Positions 13,397-26,866 of a DNA stretch of 64,000 nt are shown one piece after another. The notes beneath the pieces are model-generated. The model saw only the letters and a list, made by a program, of their open reading frames with translations. It had not been told where the DNA came from and searched no databases. The DNA comes from Octopus vulgaris (lineage: Eukaryota), in assembly GCA_951406725.2 (NCBI GenBank), contig OX597826.1:29140001-29204000 (forward strand). Direction: 5' to 3'. The translations under genes were made by a program, and so were the position numbers. Positions within the stretch are counted from its first letter, which is position 1; the number at the start of each line of letters is the position of its first letter.

Positions 13397-13832
13397 CAAT
13401 TCAATTTGGGTATGAGCCCTGAAGTTTACTTTATGAAGCCCGTGTACGAGCGTCGGCTATCAGACACGATTTTAAACCGGTCGTAGTATTACTGAAGATA
13501 CATCAGGAAACCTGTGAGTATCCGCAGAGTATATTTAAAAGTGTAAGCAAGCGAGAATAGGTTGAACAAAACACTTTATTACATAACACCACAATCGTTT
13601 GATCTCCACTTTACCAGCAGATTATCGCCCGAAATATCATATAATACATTAAATTAAATTCAAACGTGTTGCTAGTTCAAATAAGTTTGAAGCACATTCG
13701 AACCCATAAGGAAGCTAACCACTGTACTTTTGTCTTGAGAAAAATACAGTGAATTGTTTTGTTACGAGTTCGAATATGCCTCATGCGTATTTGAATTGCT
13801 AAAATATTTACGTTTATGCATATCACTGCTTG

Positions 13833-14137
13833 TGGAGGCGCAATGGACAGCGGACTCGCGGTCGGAGGATCGCGGTTTCGATTCCCAGACCGGGTGTTGT
13901 GTGTGTTTATTGAGCGAAAATACCTGAAAGCTCCACGAGGCTCCGGCAGGGGGTGGTAGTGACCCCCTGTTGTACTCTTTCGCCCCAACTTTCTCTCTCT
14001 CTCTCTCTTCTTGTTTCTTGAGTAACACTGCGATGGACTGGCGTCCTGTCCAGCTGGCGGGGAATACATACGCCACAGAAACCGGGAAACCGGGCTCGTG
14101 TGCCTGGCTAGGCTTGAAAAGGGCGACGTTTATCGTT
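13833..14137 (+). mobile_element. tRNA-headed SINE with 13-bp target-site duplication
   Basis: Flanked by ATATCACTGCTTG at 13820-13832 and 14138-14150. B-box ggtttcgattccc; internal ctgcgatggactggcgtcctgtccag. Confidence 0.88.
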
Positions 14138-14680
14138 ATATCACTGCTTGGCGCTGTTGCCCCGTAATGCATTGAATATATTGAATCTTAGTACTTACAT
14201 TGCATCAGCGTTACTACAGCAACATTGTTAAGTGATGGCTCATCAAGTGTGAATGCCCCATGAGTTTTGATAAATCAAGCCATATTCCACTGAGTATATA
14301 TACACTCCATGTTGATCCTGTTAGAATCACTTCATTAGCATATCACATTTGGATTAAAACAAACACCATTAGATCGTAAATCGCAAGGACACTTCAGCCT
14401 GGTCAAGAAAACGGTGAATAAAGAAATGGCAATAGTCTTCTATGCAATAAAGCGTGTTAGCTCAATCCTCTCTCTTTCTCTCTCTCTCCTCTCCCATCTC
14501 CCCCTCTCTCTCTCATTCTCTCTAATATATAATTTACTGGACTGTCACTAGTCATATGACAGGGAACCCTATCAATGCAAAATTTCATTAAAAAACAGTG
14601 TATTTATTAAGAATTCAGAAGAATCAAATTAGTTAGTAAACTAGCATAATTTTTATCGGAATATATATATATATATATAA

Positions 14681-15645
14681 GATAAGCATCAGGCTGTTGC
14701 TGCCAATGGTGGCCTCTCTAGGGAAACACAAATTGTGAATGGAGTCTCCCAGGGAACCATCTTGGTGTCATTACTGTTTATAATAACTCTTTTAGACATG
14801 CCCATGGTCACTCAGCTAGCCACTGTCACTGGCTCCGCTGATGATACAAAATTATCTCAGGCAATAAAGTACTTTATGTTGCAAACTTGCAGCCGGACCA
14901 AAATGCCATATACAAGTGGACTGAACAAAATAGCATGCAATTTGACACTGGAAAATTTCGACCACTGCGCTTTCAGCTCACAAATGCATCACGGCCGGTA
15001 TATAGAGGACCCGAAGGCACTACAATCCCAGAGTTACAGACAGTGAGAGATTTGGAGATCAGTATGTGTAGTGATGCATCATTTCATGTGTACATTACCA
15101 AGATGGCAACAAAGCGTAGACAGTTGGCAGGGTGGGTACTAAGATCCTGAAAGACGAAAGGCCAAGAAGCCATGTTGACCTTTGCTCTCAGACCCCTTGG
15201 ACTATTGCTCTCAGCTGTGGTCACCATATAGTGTCAAGCTAGCAGCAGAGTTTGAAGCGATCCGATGCTATAACACCAAAAAAAGTGTCAGAGTGCAGCT
15301 GTTGAACTGCTGGGAGAGACTGAAAAACTGACTTCACTCCTCGAAGGAAAGACACAAGAGATATGTAATAATTTACATGTGGAAAATTCTAGAAGTGTCA
15401 GTTCCTATCTCTGGCATCAAGAATCATACAAATACCTGTACTGGATGTCATTGCCTAATACCGTCTATTCCATTTAAAGTGAGGACCAAGTACTGCAATA
15501 GCTGGGGTTCAAACACACACAGCTCTTCAGTGTTCTACCAAGAGAATTAAAAAAACCTAATGAACCAACGTCCCGAGCATAAAGTAGAGATGAAGGCGGC
15601 AGTGTCAAACACCCTGTACACCAAACGAGCCAACTACAATAATAA
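14681..15645 (+). mobile_element. 5'-truncated, degraded CR1/L2-group LINE (reverse transcriptase C-terminal half)
   Basis: GVSQGTILVSLLF, SADDTK (YADD equivalent), IYKWTEQNSMQF, VRDLEI, LDYCSQLWSP, ending in a CAA/TAA-type tail. Contains frameshifts and stops. Confidence 0.9.
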
Positions 15646-16699
15646 TTTTTAAAAAGCATGTGCTAGAATGATGATATGAAATCCCACCTCGCAGGAGAAA
15701 CCAATCATACAAGAGAGCTGTGGAAGAGATACGAAGTCTCGGGGTGCTACCGCATGACTGGAACACATAAAAGCTATATATATATATATATAAAGGAATA
15801 CAAAATATGAGACAATAACGCAAAACATCCAGACAGATGAGACAAAAAGGGACAAGGAGAAACACGGACGGGTCATTTGAAGTTTTCTTCAGTCGGTTTG
15901 ATTTATACCAAATGATTTAGGAAAATGAATGGGTTATTTCCCTTGGCTGTTAAAATGAAGTATATTAGATATATATAAGGGTCCCTTCCAGGGGCCCTAT
16001 TATCGATTTTTTTTTTCAACAGAGTATGAGGTTTCCAGACAGAAGTTCTACTCACGTGTCAAGTTTCATCAAAATCGATCAAAAAAATGTAGGAGGAGTT
16101 AACTAACAATTCCACAAACACACCCACATACAGAATTTCCCACATATGTAGTATATATATATATATATACACACGCACACTGAAACATCAAAACTGTTTC
16201 TCTTCAATTGCAAGATGTTTAAATACATTTGTCAAAGTTTGTTTTACTCGTGTTGCTTTCTTTCTGTACTCATTGTCTAATATATACATACGTGTGTGTG
16301 TGTGTGCGTGCACATACTTACGTAAAGATTATATTCGTGTACAAATATAAAATGTGTCTATGTATTATTCCATCTTTAAATATATGCAAGACACTTGTTT
16401 TCTCTCCCCCCCTCTCTCCCCCTCTCTCTCCTTCTCTCTCTCCCCCTCTCTCTCTCTCAGCCACTTACATTTACCAACTCACATTCAGTTTCTATTCCTA
16501 TTTACGTACTTCACCTACTTTTCGTTATTTCAATATTTTAGTTTTGACTTCTAATATACACTTATGCAAAAAGCATACAAGTGGGGGTGGGATTGTATGT
16601 TTATTACTCACATACACACACACACACACATTCTTTGTTTTGTCCTGTACTGTCCATAATGTTTTTCTTTATGGTTAATAAAGAAATCATTACTTCAAG

Positions 16700-17069
16700 A
16701 CAACGAGTTGGCAGAATCGTTAGCACGCCGGGCGAAATGCTTAGCAGTATTTCGTCTGCCGCTACGTTCTGAGTTCAAGTTCCGCCGAGGTCGACTTTGC
16801 CTTTCATCCTTTCGGGGTCGATTAAATAAGTTCCAGTTACGCACTGGGGTCGATATAATCGGCTTAATCCATTTGTCTGTCCTTGTTTGTCCTCTCTGTG
16901 TTTAGCCCCTTGTGAGTAGTAAAGAAATAGGTATTTCGTCTATCTTTACGTTCTGAGTTCAAATTCCACCGAGGTCGACTTTCGGGGTCGATAAATTAAG
17001 TACCAAGGTCGATCTAATCGACTGGCTCCCTCCCCCAAACTTTCGGGCTTTGTGCCAAGAGTAGAAAAG

Positions 17070-17100
<31 letters not shown>
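16700..17100 (+). mobile_element. tRNA-headed SINE, family 2 (representative copy), (ATT)n tail
   Basis: Head gagctggcagaatcgttagcacg, B-box-like gagttcaaattcc, central gtcgactttgcctttcatcctttcggggtcgataaattaagtaccag (resembles the Meta/MESC SINE core from memory). Other copies at about 17370-17530(+), 27765-27980(-), 29155-29560(-), 31480-31900(-), 39360-40330(-, x4), 43590-43815(-), 58820-59035(-), 59305-59535(+), 63845-64000(-). Confidence 0.85.
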
Positions 17101-17102
<2 letters not shown>

Positions 17103-17243
17103 TTGTATTTGGGGAGAGTCATTTTCTTGTTGTGCCTTATAATTTGACGGCACAACAAGAAAATAACTCCTCTGACACAACAGAATATTCTTCAACACAC
17201 GAACTCACATAAAGAATCTTGCAAACCAAATCCCAAAACGAAG

Positions 17244-17325
<82 letters not shown>

Positions 17326-17929
17326 CATTATTATTATTATTATTATTATTATTAAGAAGAAGAAGAAGAAGGCGGTGAACTGGCTGAGTCGTTAGCACGC
17401 TGGACGAAATGTTTCCGAGGTCGACTTTGCCTTTCATCCTTTCGGGGTCGATAAATTAAGTACCAGTTACGCACTGGGGTCGATGTAATCGATTAGCCCC
17501 CTCCCCCAAAAATTTTGTGAAAGAGTGGAAATAATTATTATTATAAACGCTGCATCTATTCCATCTGATAAGAACAATATATCGTAAACGAGGACAATTG
17601 CTTCTTTTTGTTTGTTTGTTTGTATGTGTGTGTGCGTATGTGCCTTGTAATATATCGCGTGTGTGTATGTGCGTGTGTGTGTACGTATGGGTATATTTAC
17701 GCAAAATGCAATACATACAATGCACACAGAAAGAACAATGTCTAACAGTACATGTGTGTGTAGTCTTGGTGTGTCTCTGGGCACGAAATAGAGGATGAAC
17801 TGTGCCTGAGCGCAGTGTCACTACCTTGTGCATTATTGCCAGCAGACAAGAACTTCAATTCAGGAAAGTGATGACCTGTGTCACACACACCACACACACA
17901 ACACTAGAGAAAAACAGGCAGACATTGGT

Positions 17930-18117
17930 AGGTAGGTAGGTAATAAGGATAGATAATTAGGATAGATAGATAGATAATTAGGATAGATAGATAGATAGAT
18001 AGATAAGGATAGATAAGGATAGATAAATAGATAGATAGATAAGGATAGATAGACAGATAGAGAGAGAAAGTATAGATAGATAGATAGAATATAGAGATAG
18101 ATAGACAGATAGAGAGA

Positions 18118-18175
<58 letters not shown>

Positions 18176-18234
18176 TATAGACAGATAGATAGATATAGAT
18201 ATAGATAGATAGATAAGGATAGATTGGTCGACAG

Positions 18235-18272
<38 letters not shown>
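17930..18272. repeat. Compound (GATA)n/(GA)n microsatellite
   Basis: Direct reading. Confidence 0.9.
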
Positions 18273-18275
<3 letters not shown>

Positions 18276-19108
18276 TGGCTGGATGTTCGTCCGTCCGTCT
18301 GTCCGACTGTCTGTCTGCTTATCTACTTTAGCTTTAATCACACACCGTCTCTCTTTCACACTAAATTCAATTGTGACTAACATTACTTATTGTCTCGTCG
18401 CTTCTTCATTTTCTATACACACACACATATTTGTGTGTAATACTTAAACACCCTCTCACGCGCAACATTCGCCCACATTCATCTCGTAGTCTTTTTACCG
18501 CCGCTGTTGATGGTTGTGATGGTGGTGGCGGTGGTATCGTCATAAATAGACTTCGGGATGAAAGGGTGAGGGGAGGAGACCTTTCTTTATCTCTTACTTG
18601 TTTCAGACATTAGACTGCGGCCTTGCTGGGGCACCGCTTTGTATAACTTTTACTTGAATGCATTGACCCCATTACTTATTTCTTTGAAAGCCTGGTACTT
18701 ACTTGTTCTAGCGAATGCCTTTTGCCTAGCCGCTAAGTTACACTGACGTAAACAAACCAGCACCGGTTGCCAAGCGGGGGAGGGGCATATATATATATAT
18801 ATATATATATATCGACTCCATGCCTTTTTCAAAGCTTAGTACTTATTCTATCAATCTCTTGCTGAACCGCTAAGTTACGGAAACATAAACACACCAACAC
18901 CGGGTGTCAAGTAACGATGAGGGACAAACGCAGACACTAAGACCCACACATAAATACACATACACACACACATACATATATATGCACTCACACAGCATTG
19001 GGCAGTCCGAAGCTTAAGCAGAAGACACTTGCCCCAGGTGCCACGCAGTGGGACTGAACCCGGAGCCATGTTGTTAGGAAGCGAGTTTCTTACCTCAGAG
19101 CCACGCCT

Positions 19109-19160
<52 letters not shown>

Positions 19161-19196
19161 CTCTCCTTTTTTTCTCTCCTTGTTTTTTCTGTGTCC

Positions 19197-19232
19197 CTTT
19201 CTGTAGAAGAGCGTAGGCTCGAAACATAAAAG
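19197..19232 (+). ncRNA. Minimal hammerhead-like motif with variant core CUGUNGA, family B
   Basis: cttt-CTGTAGA-a-gagc(gtag)gctc-GAAAC-ATA-aaag. Sister copies at 12804-12839(-) with CTGTCGA and 41885-41920(+) with CTGTGGA and GAAACGTA. Each lies within a ~150-200-bp repeat next to TA-rich microsatellite. Confidence 0.6.
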
Positions 19233-19310
19233 ACTTTTTCTATTCCTGTATTATACTAATACATCTGTTTGTTTTGTACACCACCTGTCTTTGTTTTTTG
19301 TTTTTTTTTC

Positions 19311-19359
<49 letters not shown>

Positions 19360-19375
19360 TACATGCATACATACA

Positions 19376-19407
<32 letters not shown>

Positions 19408-20949
19408 GGAGAGGCTGTGTGGTAAGAAGCTTGCTTCCCAACGTCATGGCTCTGGGTTCAGTCCCACTGCGTAGCATATTGGGCAAGTGTCTTCTACTAT
19501 AGCCTCGGGCCAACCAAAGCCTTGTGAGTGAATTCGGTTGACGGAAACTGGAAGAAGCCCGTCGTATGTATGTGTGTTTGTGCGTCTGTGTTTACGTCCC
19601 CGTAACTTAGCGATTCGGCAAAAGAGGCGATAGGAAGGGGTCGATTTTGTTCGACTAAAGGCGGTGCTCCAACACGGCCGCTGTCAAATGACTGAAACAA
19701 ATAAAAGAGTATAGACACACACACACACCGTATATACATAGAAATGTTTTGTGTCTGTTAAACTCTCCTTTTCATATCTTTCTGTGATTTATTTATTCTT
19801 CTCTGTCTCTTGCGCCTTTTTTCTTCCTTTTTCAATTCCGTTATCTCTGTTGTTGATGTTTATCTCCCGTCTTGTTATTTCTCCAACATCTCGATGGTGT
19901 TGTTCGTGTTGTTATTGTTCTTAACGCAGTGAAAACGACGAGGATGCTGATGGTTGATGATGACTGTACTGCTGCTGCTGCTGATGATGATGATGAAGAT
20001 GTCGGCGTGTGTGTGTGTGTATCTTGACAGCGATGGTGTTCTTAATGATTAAGAGGTGTGATGCAGCGGTGTGATGGTTGTGACCTAATATTTTAACTGT
20101 GGCGGCGATGGCGGTGGCGTTTTGGTTTGTGATGACCAAAAGGATGCGGAGATTATTGGGCGTCGACGTTGGTGGCGATGCTTGAGGCGGCGGCGGTGAT
20201 GGCGATGCTGGTTGTTCTGGCAATAAGGAGGGGGTATGGGAAGAATATTGATGATGATGATGATGATGATGGTGGTAGTGGTGGTTATGGTAATGGTGGT
20301 GGCTATTCTGATGATAAGGAGGCGTGGAGAGGCAGTGTGTGTGTATGTGTGTGTGTGTGTGTGTTGCATTGATGGTGATTGCATAACTGGTGGTGGTGGT
20401 GGCGGTTATTCTGATGGTGAGGAGGTGCGGGATGAGGATTGTTAAACTGACGGTCATTGTGTAACTATGGTGACGGTAGTGGCGATGGGTGGCCGTCGTG
20501 GTGGTGGTGGTGGTGGTAGTGGTTATTCCGATAATGAGGGAGCGCGGGTAGGAGTGAGGTGTGAGGATCGTGTTACTGCTGGTGATTGCATAACAACGGT
20601 GGTGGTGGTGGTGGTGGCCGGCCGTGGTCAATTTGATTGTGTTGTAACAATAGTATTTGATAATTACGTGACTGTTGTAGCTGTTGGTAATGGTGGTGGT
20701 GGTGGTGGTGGAGTTTCAAAAAGACATTTCCTCTCTTTTCCCCTCCATCGATTAGGACATAGTTCTCTCTCCCTCTCTCTTTCACCTTCTCTCTTTCTCT
20801 TCCCCCTCCTCCTTCTCCCTCTCTCTCTCTCTCTCTTCAACGTCTGATTTGGCTCCCAGCTTTGCTCCCCACCGCAACCCTTCCACCAACCTATCTCTTC
20901 TCTTTCCGTGCACAACTCCCCTCTCACTTACTCTTTCTACTTCCCCTCC

Positions 20950-21420
20950 CCCACTAACTACTCACGCATTCTCTTTCTCACCCTCTCCTCCTTCTATTTA
21001 CACATTCTTCATTCACCCCTCTCTCTCTTTCCCCGCGCATTCTGCTTCTCCTCCCTCTACTCACATTCTTCCCTTCTTCCACCTCACTCATTCTGCTTCT
21101 CCCTCTACTCACACTTTCTCCTGTTCACGCATCCTGTTTCTCCTCCCTCTACTCACATTCTTCTCTTCCTCCTCCTCTCTATCCTCACGCTTTCTCCTCT
21201 TCACGCATTCTGCTTCTCCCTCTACTCACACATTCTTCTCTTCCTCCCCCTCCTCTTTATATTCATGCTTTGTCCTCTTCACGCATTCTGCTTTCCCTCC
21301 TCTTCACGCATTCTCCTCCCTCTGCTCACACATTCTCCTCCTCCCCCCAAGCATTCTCCACCTCCTATACCCGCACGTTGCTGCTCTTCCCTCTACTCAT
21401 GCAATCTGCTTCCTCCTTTC
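20950..21420. repeat. Degenerate pyrimidine-rich minisatellite
   Basis: Recurrent units tcacgcattctgcttctc(ct)cctctactcacacattcttctcttcc. Confidence 0.75.
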
Positions 21421-23719
21421 TACATAAAGCGTGACATATCGGTGGCTGTTGGTGGTGGGGGGAGAAGAGTTAGAGACAAGGTAGACAGTGAGAGAGAGAG
21501 GTGGATGAAGGGATGGATTGAGGAAGAGCGATTGAAGCGATGGATGGTAGGGATGGGGTTGAGAGGTGGGGGGGAGAAATATTTTGAATGTTGTGATGTG
21601 TGTTTCTTTGGCTTATATGTTACTGCTTCTCTGCGTGTGTATGAGTATGGGGGGGGGTGATGTTGAATTTTACTTGATAGACTCAAGTCCCCTGGAGCAG
21701 ACGACACCTGTTGATGATGATGGTGATGATGTACTTCAATAATCATACTCTATCTCCCTCACTCAGCTCTCCTTTTCACACTCTCCCTATCTATCTCTCG
21801 CTTCTATTTGTCATTCTGTATCTCTCTCTCTCTCTCTCTCTCTCCTATTTCTCTCCCTTCTCCATACTCTATTTCTTTACCACACTCTCCTTCCTCTCTC
21901 TCCCCCTCCCTCTCTTGTAATCTCTTTTTCACTTTACCTTACTCTCTCCAGCTCTCTCTGTCTCTCTCTCTCCCATTCTCCTTCCGTTTTGTAATCTGTC
22001 CCTCTACTCCCCCTACCTCACACCCCACATCCCTTTCATCTTGCCTTACTTCTCTCTTCATCTCTATCTAACCCCTTTATCTCCAACCCCTACACCAAGC
22101 TCTCTCTCTTTCATCTCCTACGCCCCCCCCCCCCCCGTCATGTCTTACCTTTTCCCTATTCTTCTCTCCGGCTTAACTTCCCTTACCTTATTTACCTTTC
22201 ATCTGAGGCTTCTTCTTTACCTTACATCTTGTCTGCAACTTTTCTGGGGAGTTGGTCCCCCGTCCCCCCTCTCTCTTTCTAACCCTCTGCCTCTATCTCC
22301 ATATCTTCTCACCTCCCTCTCTTCTTCAGTAATTTCTCTTCCCCTCCTTCATTTTCCTTATATCTTTCTTTCTTATCCTCTTACTCTCCCCTCCTCCCAT
22401 CTCTGTATCTACTCATCCTTCCCCTCTTCCTCGGTCATTTCTCTCCCCCTTTATTTTTTTCCTGTATCTTCCTCTCTCTTGTCCTCTTACTCTCTCCTCC
22501 CCCTCTTCTGTCATTTTCCTTCCCCCCCTCACTCATTTTTTTCATTACATTTCTCTTTTGCTTGTCCTCTTAGTATCACCTCCTCCTTCCATCTCTCTGT
22601 CTACTCATCCTCTCCCTCTTCAGCAATACTCTCTTACTTTCCCCTCCTCCCCTCTATAATTCCTTTTGCAGTCTTTTTGTTCTTCTTCATATATTAAGTG
22701 TGTGGTGGCGGAGGGGAATGAAAAAAACAATAAGCAAAAACCAGAATTATTTTGTCAGTGTCTTATTTTCTAACTGTTACCCTCTGTAACAGTCTTCATT
22801 GTCATCATCACCATCATCTCTATCCTCATCATCATCATCACCATCCCAGCATCATCACAACCATTATCATTATACCATCCCAGCATCATCACACCACCAT
22901 CATCACCCCCCATTAATATTATCACCATCCCAGCATCATCACAACCATCATCATCACACCATCCCAGCATCATTAAAACCATCATTATCATCATCACCAC
23001 AACCATCATCATCATCATCTCTACCCCTCCCCACAATCATCATCATCTCCATATTTGACAGAATCTTATCAACCCTTGAAAGGATGAATGGTGAAGTTGT
23101 CCTTGGTGGGATTTGAACTCAGTACGGTAGATCAGAGCAAATATTACAAACATTGCACTTGGTGCTTTAATGATTCTGCCAGTCGTCTTAATCATTATAC
23201 TACAGTTCTGAACCACATGGTTCCGAGTTCGGTCCCACTGCGTAGCACTTTGGGCAGGTGTCTTTTACTATAGCCTCGGGTTGACCAAGGCTTTGTGAGT
23301 AGGTTTGGTAGATGGAAACTGAAAGAAGCCTGTCATATATGCATAATGCCATGTGATGTGGTGTAGTGCTGTGTATGTATGTTTTTCTTGGTGTCTCCCA
23401 GTCTTGACATTATGTGTGTGATTGTTGTAAACGAGTGTCACTGTCATACAAGCAGTGCCATTCATGTGCAATGTTCTACAAAAACATCTCTGGTCCTGAG
23501 GAGGAAATATTACCTTGTTTGGAAATGGATGGGTTGCTGACAAGAAAGATGCTGACAACCAAAGAAAATCTGCCTCAATGAACTCCATCCAACACATGCA
23601 AACATAGAAAAGTGAACATTAAAGGATGATAACGATGATGATGATGATGATGGTGAGGGTGATGACGACAAAGATGGTGGTGGTACATCTTTTCCAATAT
23701 CACTCCTTCACACATGTTT

Positions 23720-23755
<36 letters not shown>

Positions 23756-25772
23756 CATTGTCTCAACTGACCAGATATTGATCTTATATAGATTAGATAC
23801 ACTGCAGGTTCTCTGTTGGAATCCTGGCCATATGGTCAACACATGTACACACACACACGCACACACAAGCGCACTGACACACTGAAAGTAAATCAATACC
23901 TAAGTTTCACATAGATTATTTAATCCATATTGTGGTTTTCACTGAGATTATTAATCAATGCCATGGTTTAATATAAATTATTAAACTCGTAACATGGTTT
24001 CACATGTCTTACTTCAACTGATAATCCTCTATCTGTGTGTGTGTGCATGTTTTAGATGTTTCACTCATTGGACTGCAGCCATGCAGGGGCCTGGGTACCC
24101 CCTTGAAGGATTATCAGGATGTAAATAAAATAACACTGGTTATCAAGCTGGGTGAGAGGCAAACACACACACACATACACAGCCACAAGAAACCTATGCG
24201 CACACAGACACTAAAACATCATGCATGTGCGTATGCACATACACACATGCACACATTATTCATTCACACAGTTTCTGTCTACTACCATAACTGACAAAGA
24301 ATTGGTTGATCTGGAACCATAGCAGAAAACACTAGTCTACTGTGCCACGCAGTGGAACTGAACTTGAAACCATGTGGTTCTAAAGCAAACTTCTTAGCCA
24401 CACATCCATGCTTTCCATGTCAGTATGGCTGATTAAATCATCACAACCTCATTGATATCTAATTGGGATTTATTGCCCATCTAGACACTTCCACATCCCA
24501 TGCAGAATGTTCTTATTTTTGGCATTCAATAGTGCATGGTCAAGTGGTTTGGGTATTGCTCTCACAATTGTAAGATTGTAGTTTTAATTCCCAGACCAAG
24601 CAGCATATTGTGTTCTTAAGCAAAACACTTCATTTAACATTGACCCAGTCCACTCAGCTGTAAATGAGTGACCAACTGGCATTCCGTTCACGGAGGAATG
24701 TTGGCCTGCTCACCTAGCGAGCAGAGCGGCATCATTTGAAAGCTACAGCAGTGCAAGGAAGCGCATTGTGACTAGTGATATATAATGTGGTAGGCTGGCT
24801 GGTACAGTGATACAGTGACCAACAGCTGAATATATTTGTATTTGTGGGTTTTTATATCTGTGTTTGTTTCAAAAGTTTGATGTGAATGTATGTGTGTCTA
24901 CTTGTTATAATGTTGTGTATGAATGCATTTGTATGTGTATTTGTTTGTCTGTTGAAATGACAGCGGTTAATGTCTAAATTTATTAAAAATGGAAGAGGAG
25001 AGAAAAGTTTATTATTTTTTCCTTTATGGATTTTTAAAATCAAGCTATTTTAGGTGAAACAAATAATCTAATTTATTGAACGGCTAATTATTCATTTATT
25101 TGCGAAAGAGGTCAGGTGATTACTAAATAAGGTGCAAAATATTAATTGAAGAGGGAAAGGTGACAGGATGGGGGGTGGGCGATGTGTTCTGTTCAGATTT
25201 CATGTTACTATTTTTGGTAAGTTGTCAGGTTATTTAAGGAGATGTTTTCACATGTGGGGGCATGAAGAAATTAATTCTGTGTGTTTATTCAACATTTTAC
25301 TTGATATTTCAGGTTTGATAGCCTTTCTCGTGTGCAATTACTACCAAAAGTATTTAATTAGATTTAAGTTATAGCTTTATCTAAGAGTTGCTAATCAACT
25401 CTAAATATCCCGTTGAACATGTTCTAAATCAAAAACTCAGTTCTGTAAAGGTTGAGGAGAAAATACCTTAAAATGAGTTTGCTTATTCAAATGTTTATAG
25501 TGTCTTTGCTTGTGGTCAGATTATTATTAGAGTTGATACTATTGTAGAAAAGACCTTTTTTTTTTTTAATGTAATTAATCATTGGTATTAAAAGTAATGT
25601 TATGCATGTGTGATTGTTAATTACATAATGATAACTAAAAAAAACAGGTACACTCAGTAAATATTTTGATTATAAATGCAATTAGAAATAGACATGGACA
25701 ATCAAACCTCAAAAGTTGAAAAAAAAGTGCTCAACACGCTTCACTATTAAGTCCTAAAGATACTTTCAAGTT

Positions 25773-26866
25773 CAGTGGATTCTCAACTATTTCTTACCTA
25801 TTGATCCCTGTTTTGCTCTACTGGTCCTGGAGCCCCATAGTCATTTGATAATTTTAAAAAAATCTTATTATATTTTTATAATTGAATATTAAAAACTGAA
25901 TTTTTAAAAAAGATCATTTAATTATCTTTTGGTATTTAAGAAGTACAGGGTGTTTCAAAAAGTTTGATATTATTTGAGATGTAAATATCACAGAAACTAC
26001 ATAGTCAAAGCAAATGAAACTAAACAGGCTTAGTGTTGAGCAACATAAGATTCATTCCTCCAAATTTGAATGAGAAATTCAAAGGTATGTGGATTCCATG
26101 AATGATTTTACATGTCAAGTCGGTAGTCCAGCTCCTCCCAAACATGCTGCAGCATGTCTTGGGTAACAGTCTTCAGTGCAGTAGTGATTCTCTGCTTGAG
26201 TTCCTCTAGGTTTGCAGGAAGAGGTGGGACATAGACCAGGCTCTTCTCATAGCCCCATGTTTGCACTTTCGCTTGTCATCTGCCATTATGGCCTGAACGA
26301 GCTGCAGCTTGTAGGGTTTCATTAGCAAGCATTTCCTCAGGATGCACCAAACTGTTGTTGGAGGAATTTCCAGACTTGTTCTTCTTGGGACTTTGCATGA
26401 GTTTTTGGCAAACCCACTCAACCATCTCTTCCAATGTTAGTGGTCGCCCTGTACAGTCAGCCCTCTTCAAATTTTTTGTGGCATGTCCAAATCTGTATTA
26501 TTACCATTGGTGACTTTTTAGAGAACCATCTCACAAATGCACACTTCACAGTTTTGTTCCAGTGAATGCCATTTCTCTACCTGAAAAGATAAACATATCA
26601 AACATTAAAAATAAAATTTTGGCCTGTTTCTACACATGCTGTTAAAATTTGAAGCCATTTGAACAAGAACTGGCAAAGTTATCAGATTGCGAAATAATAT
26701 CAAATTTTTTGAAACACCCTGTATAACCAATTTATTGCAGATAAATTTTAACAGCAAAATCTTTTATGGACCTACATACATGCACACACACACATACACA
26801 CACACACGACCCATTCCTCTTCCTTCACCAAGGGTCATGTGGACCCTGGTTGAGAACCAACCATTG
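25773..26866. mobile_element. hAT-type MITE hosting the mariner insertion
   Basis: Degenerate TIRs CAGTGGATTCTCAAC at 25773 and GTTGAGAACC(AACC)ATTG at about 26849-26866. No 8-bp TSD recovered. Confidence 0.55.
25946..26721 (-). mobile_element. Internally deleted Tc1/mariner-superfamily transposon
   Basis: TA-flanked TIRs CAGGGTGTTTCAAAAAGTTTGATATTATTT / AAATAATATCAAATTTTTTGAAACACCCTG. Minus-strand remnants PTTVWCILRKCLLMKPYKLQLVQA and WGYEKSLVYVPPLPANLEELKQRITTAL; the catalytic core between them is missing. Confidence 0.9.
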
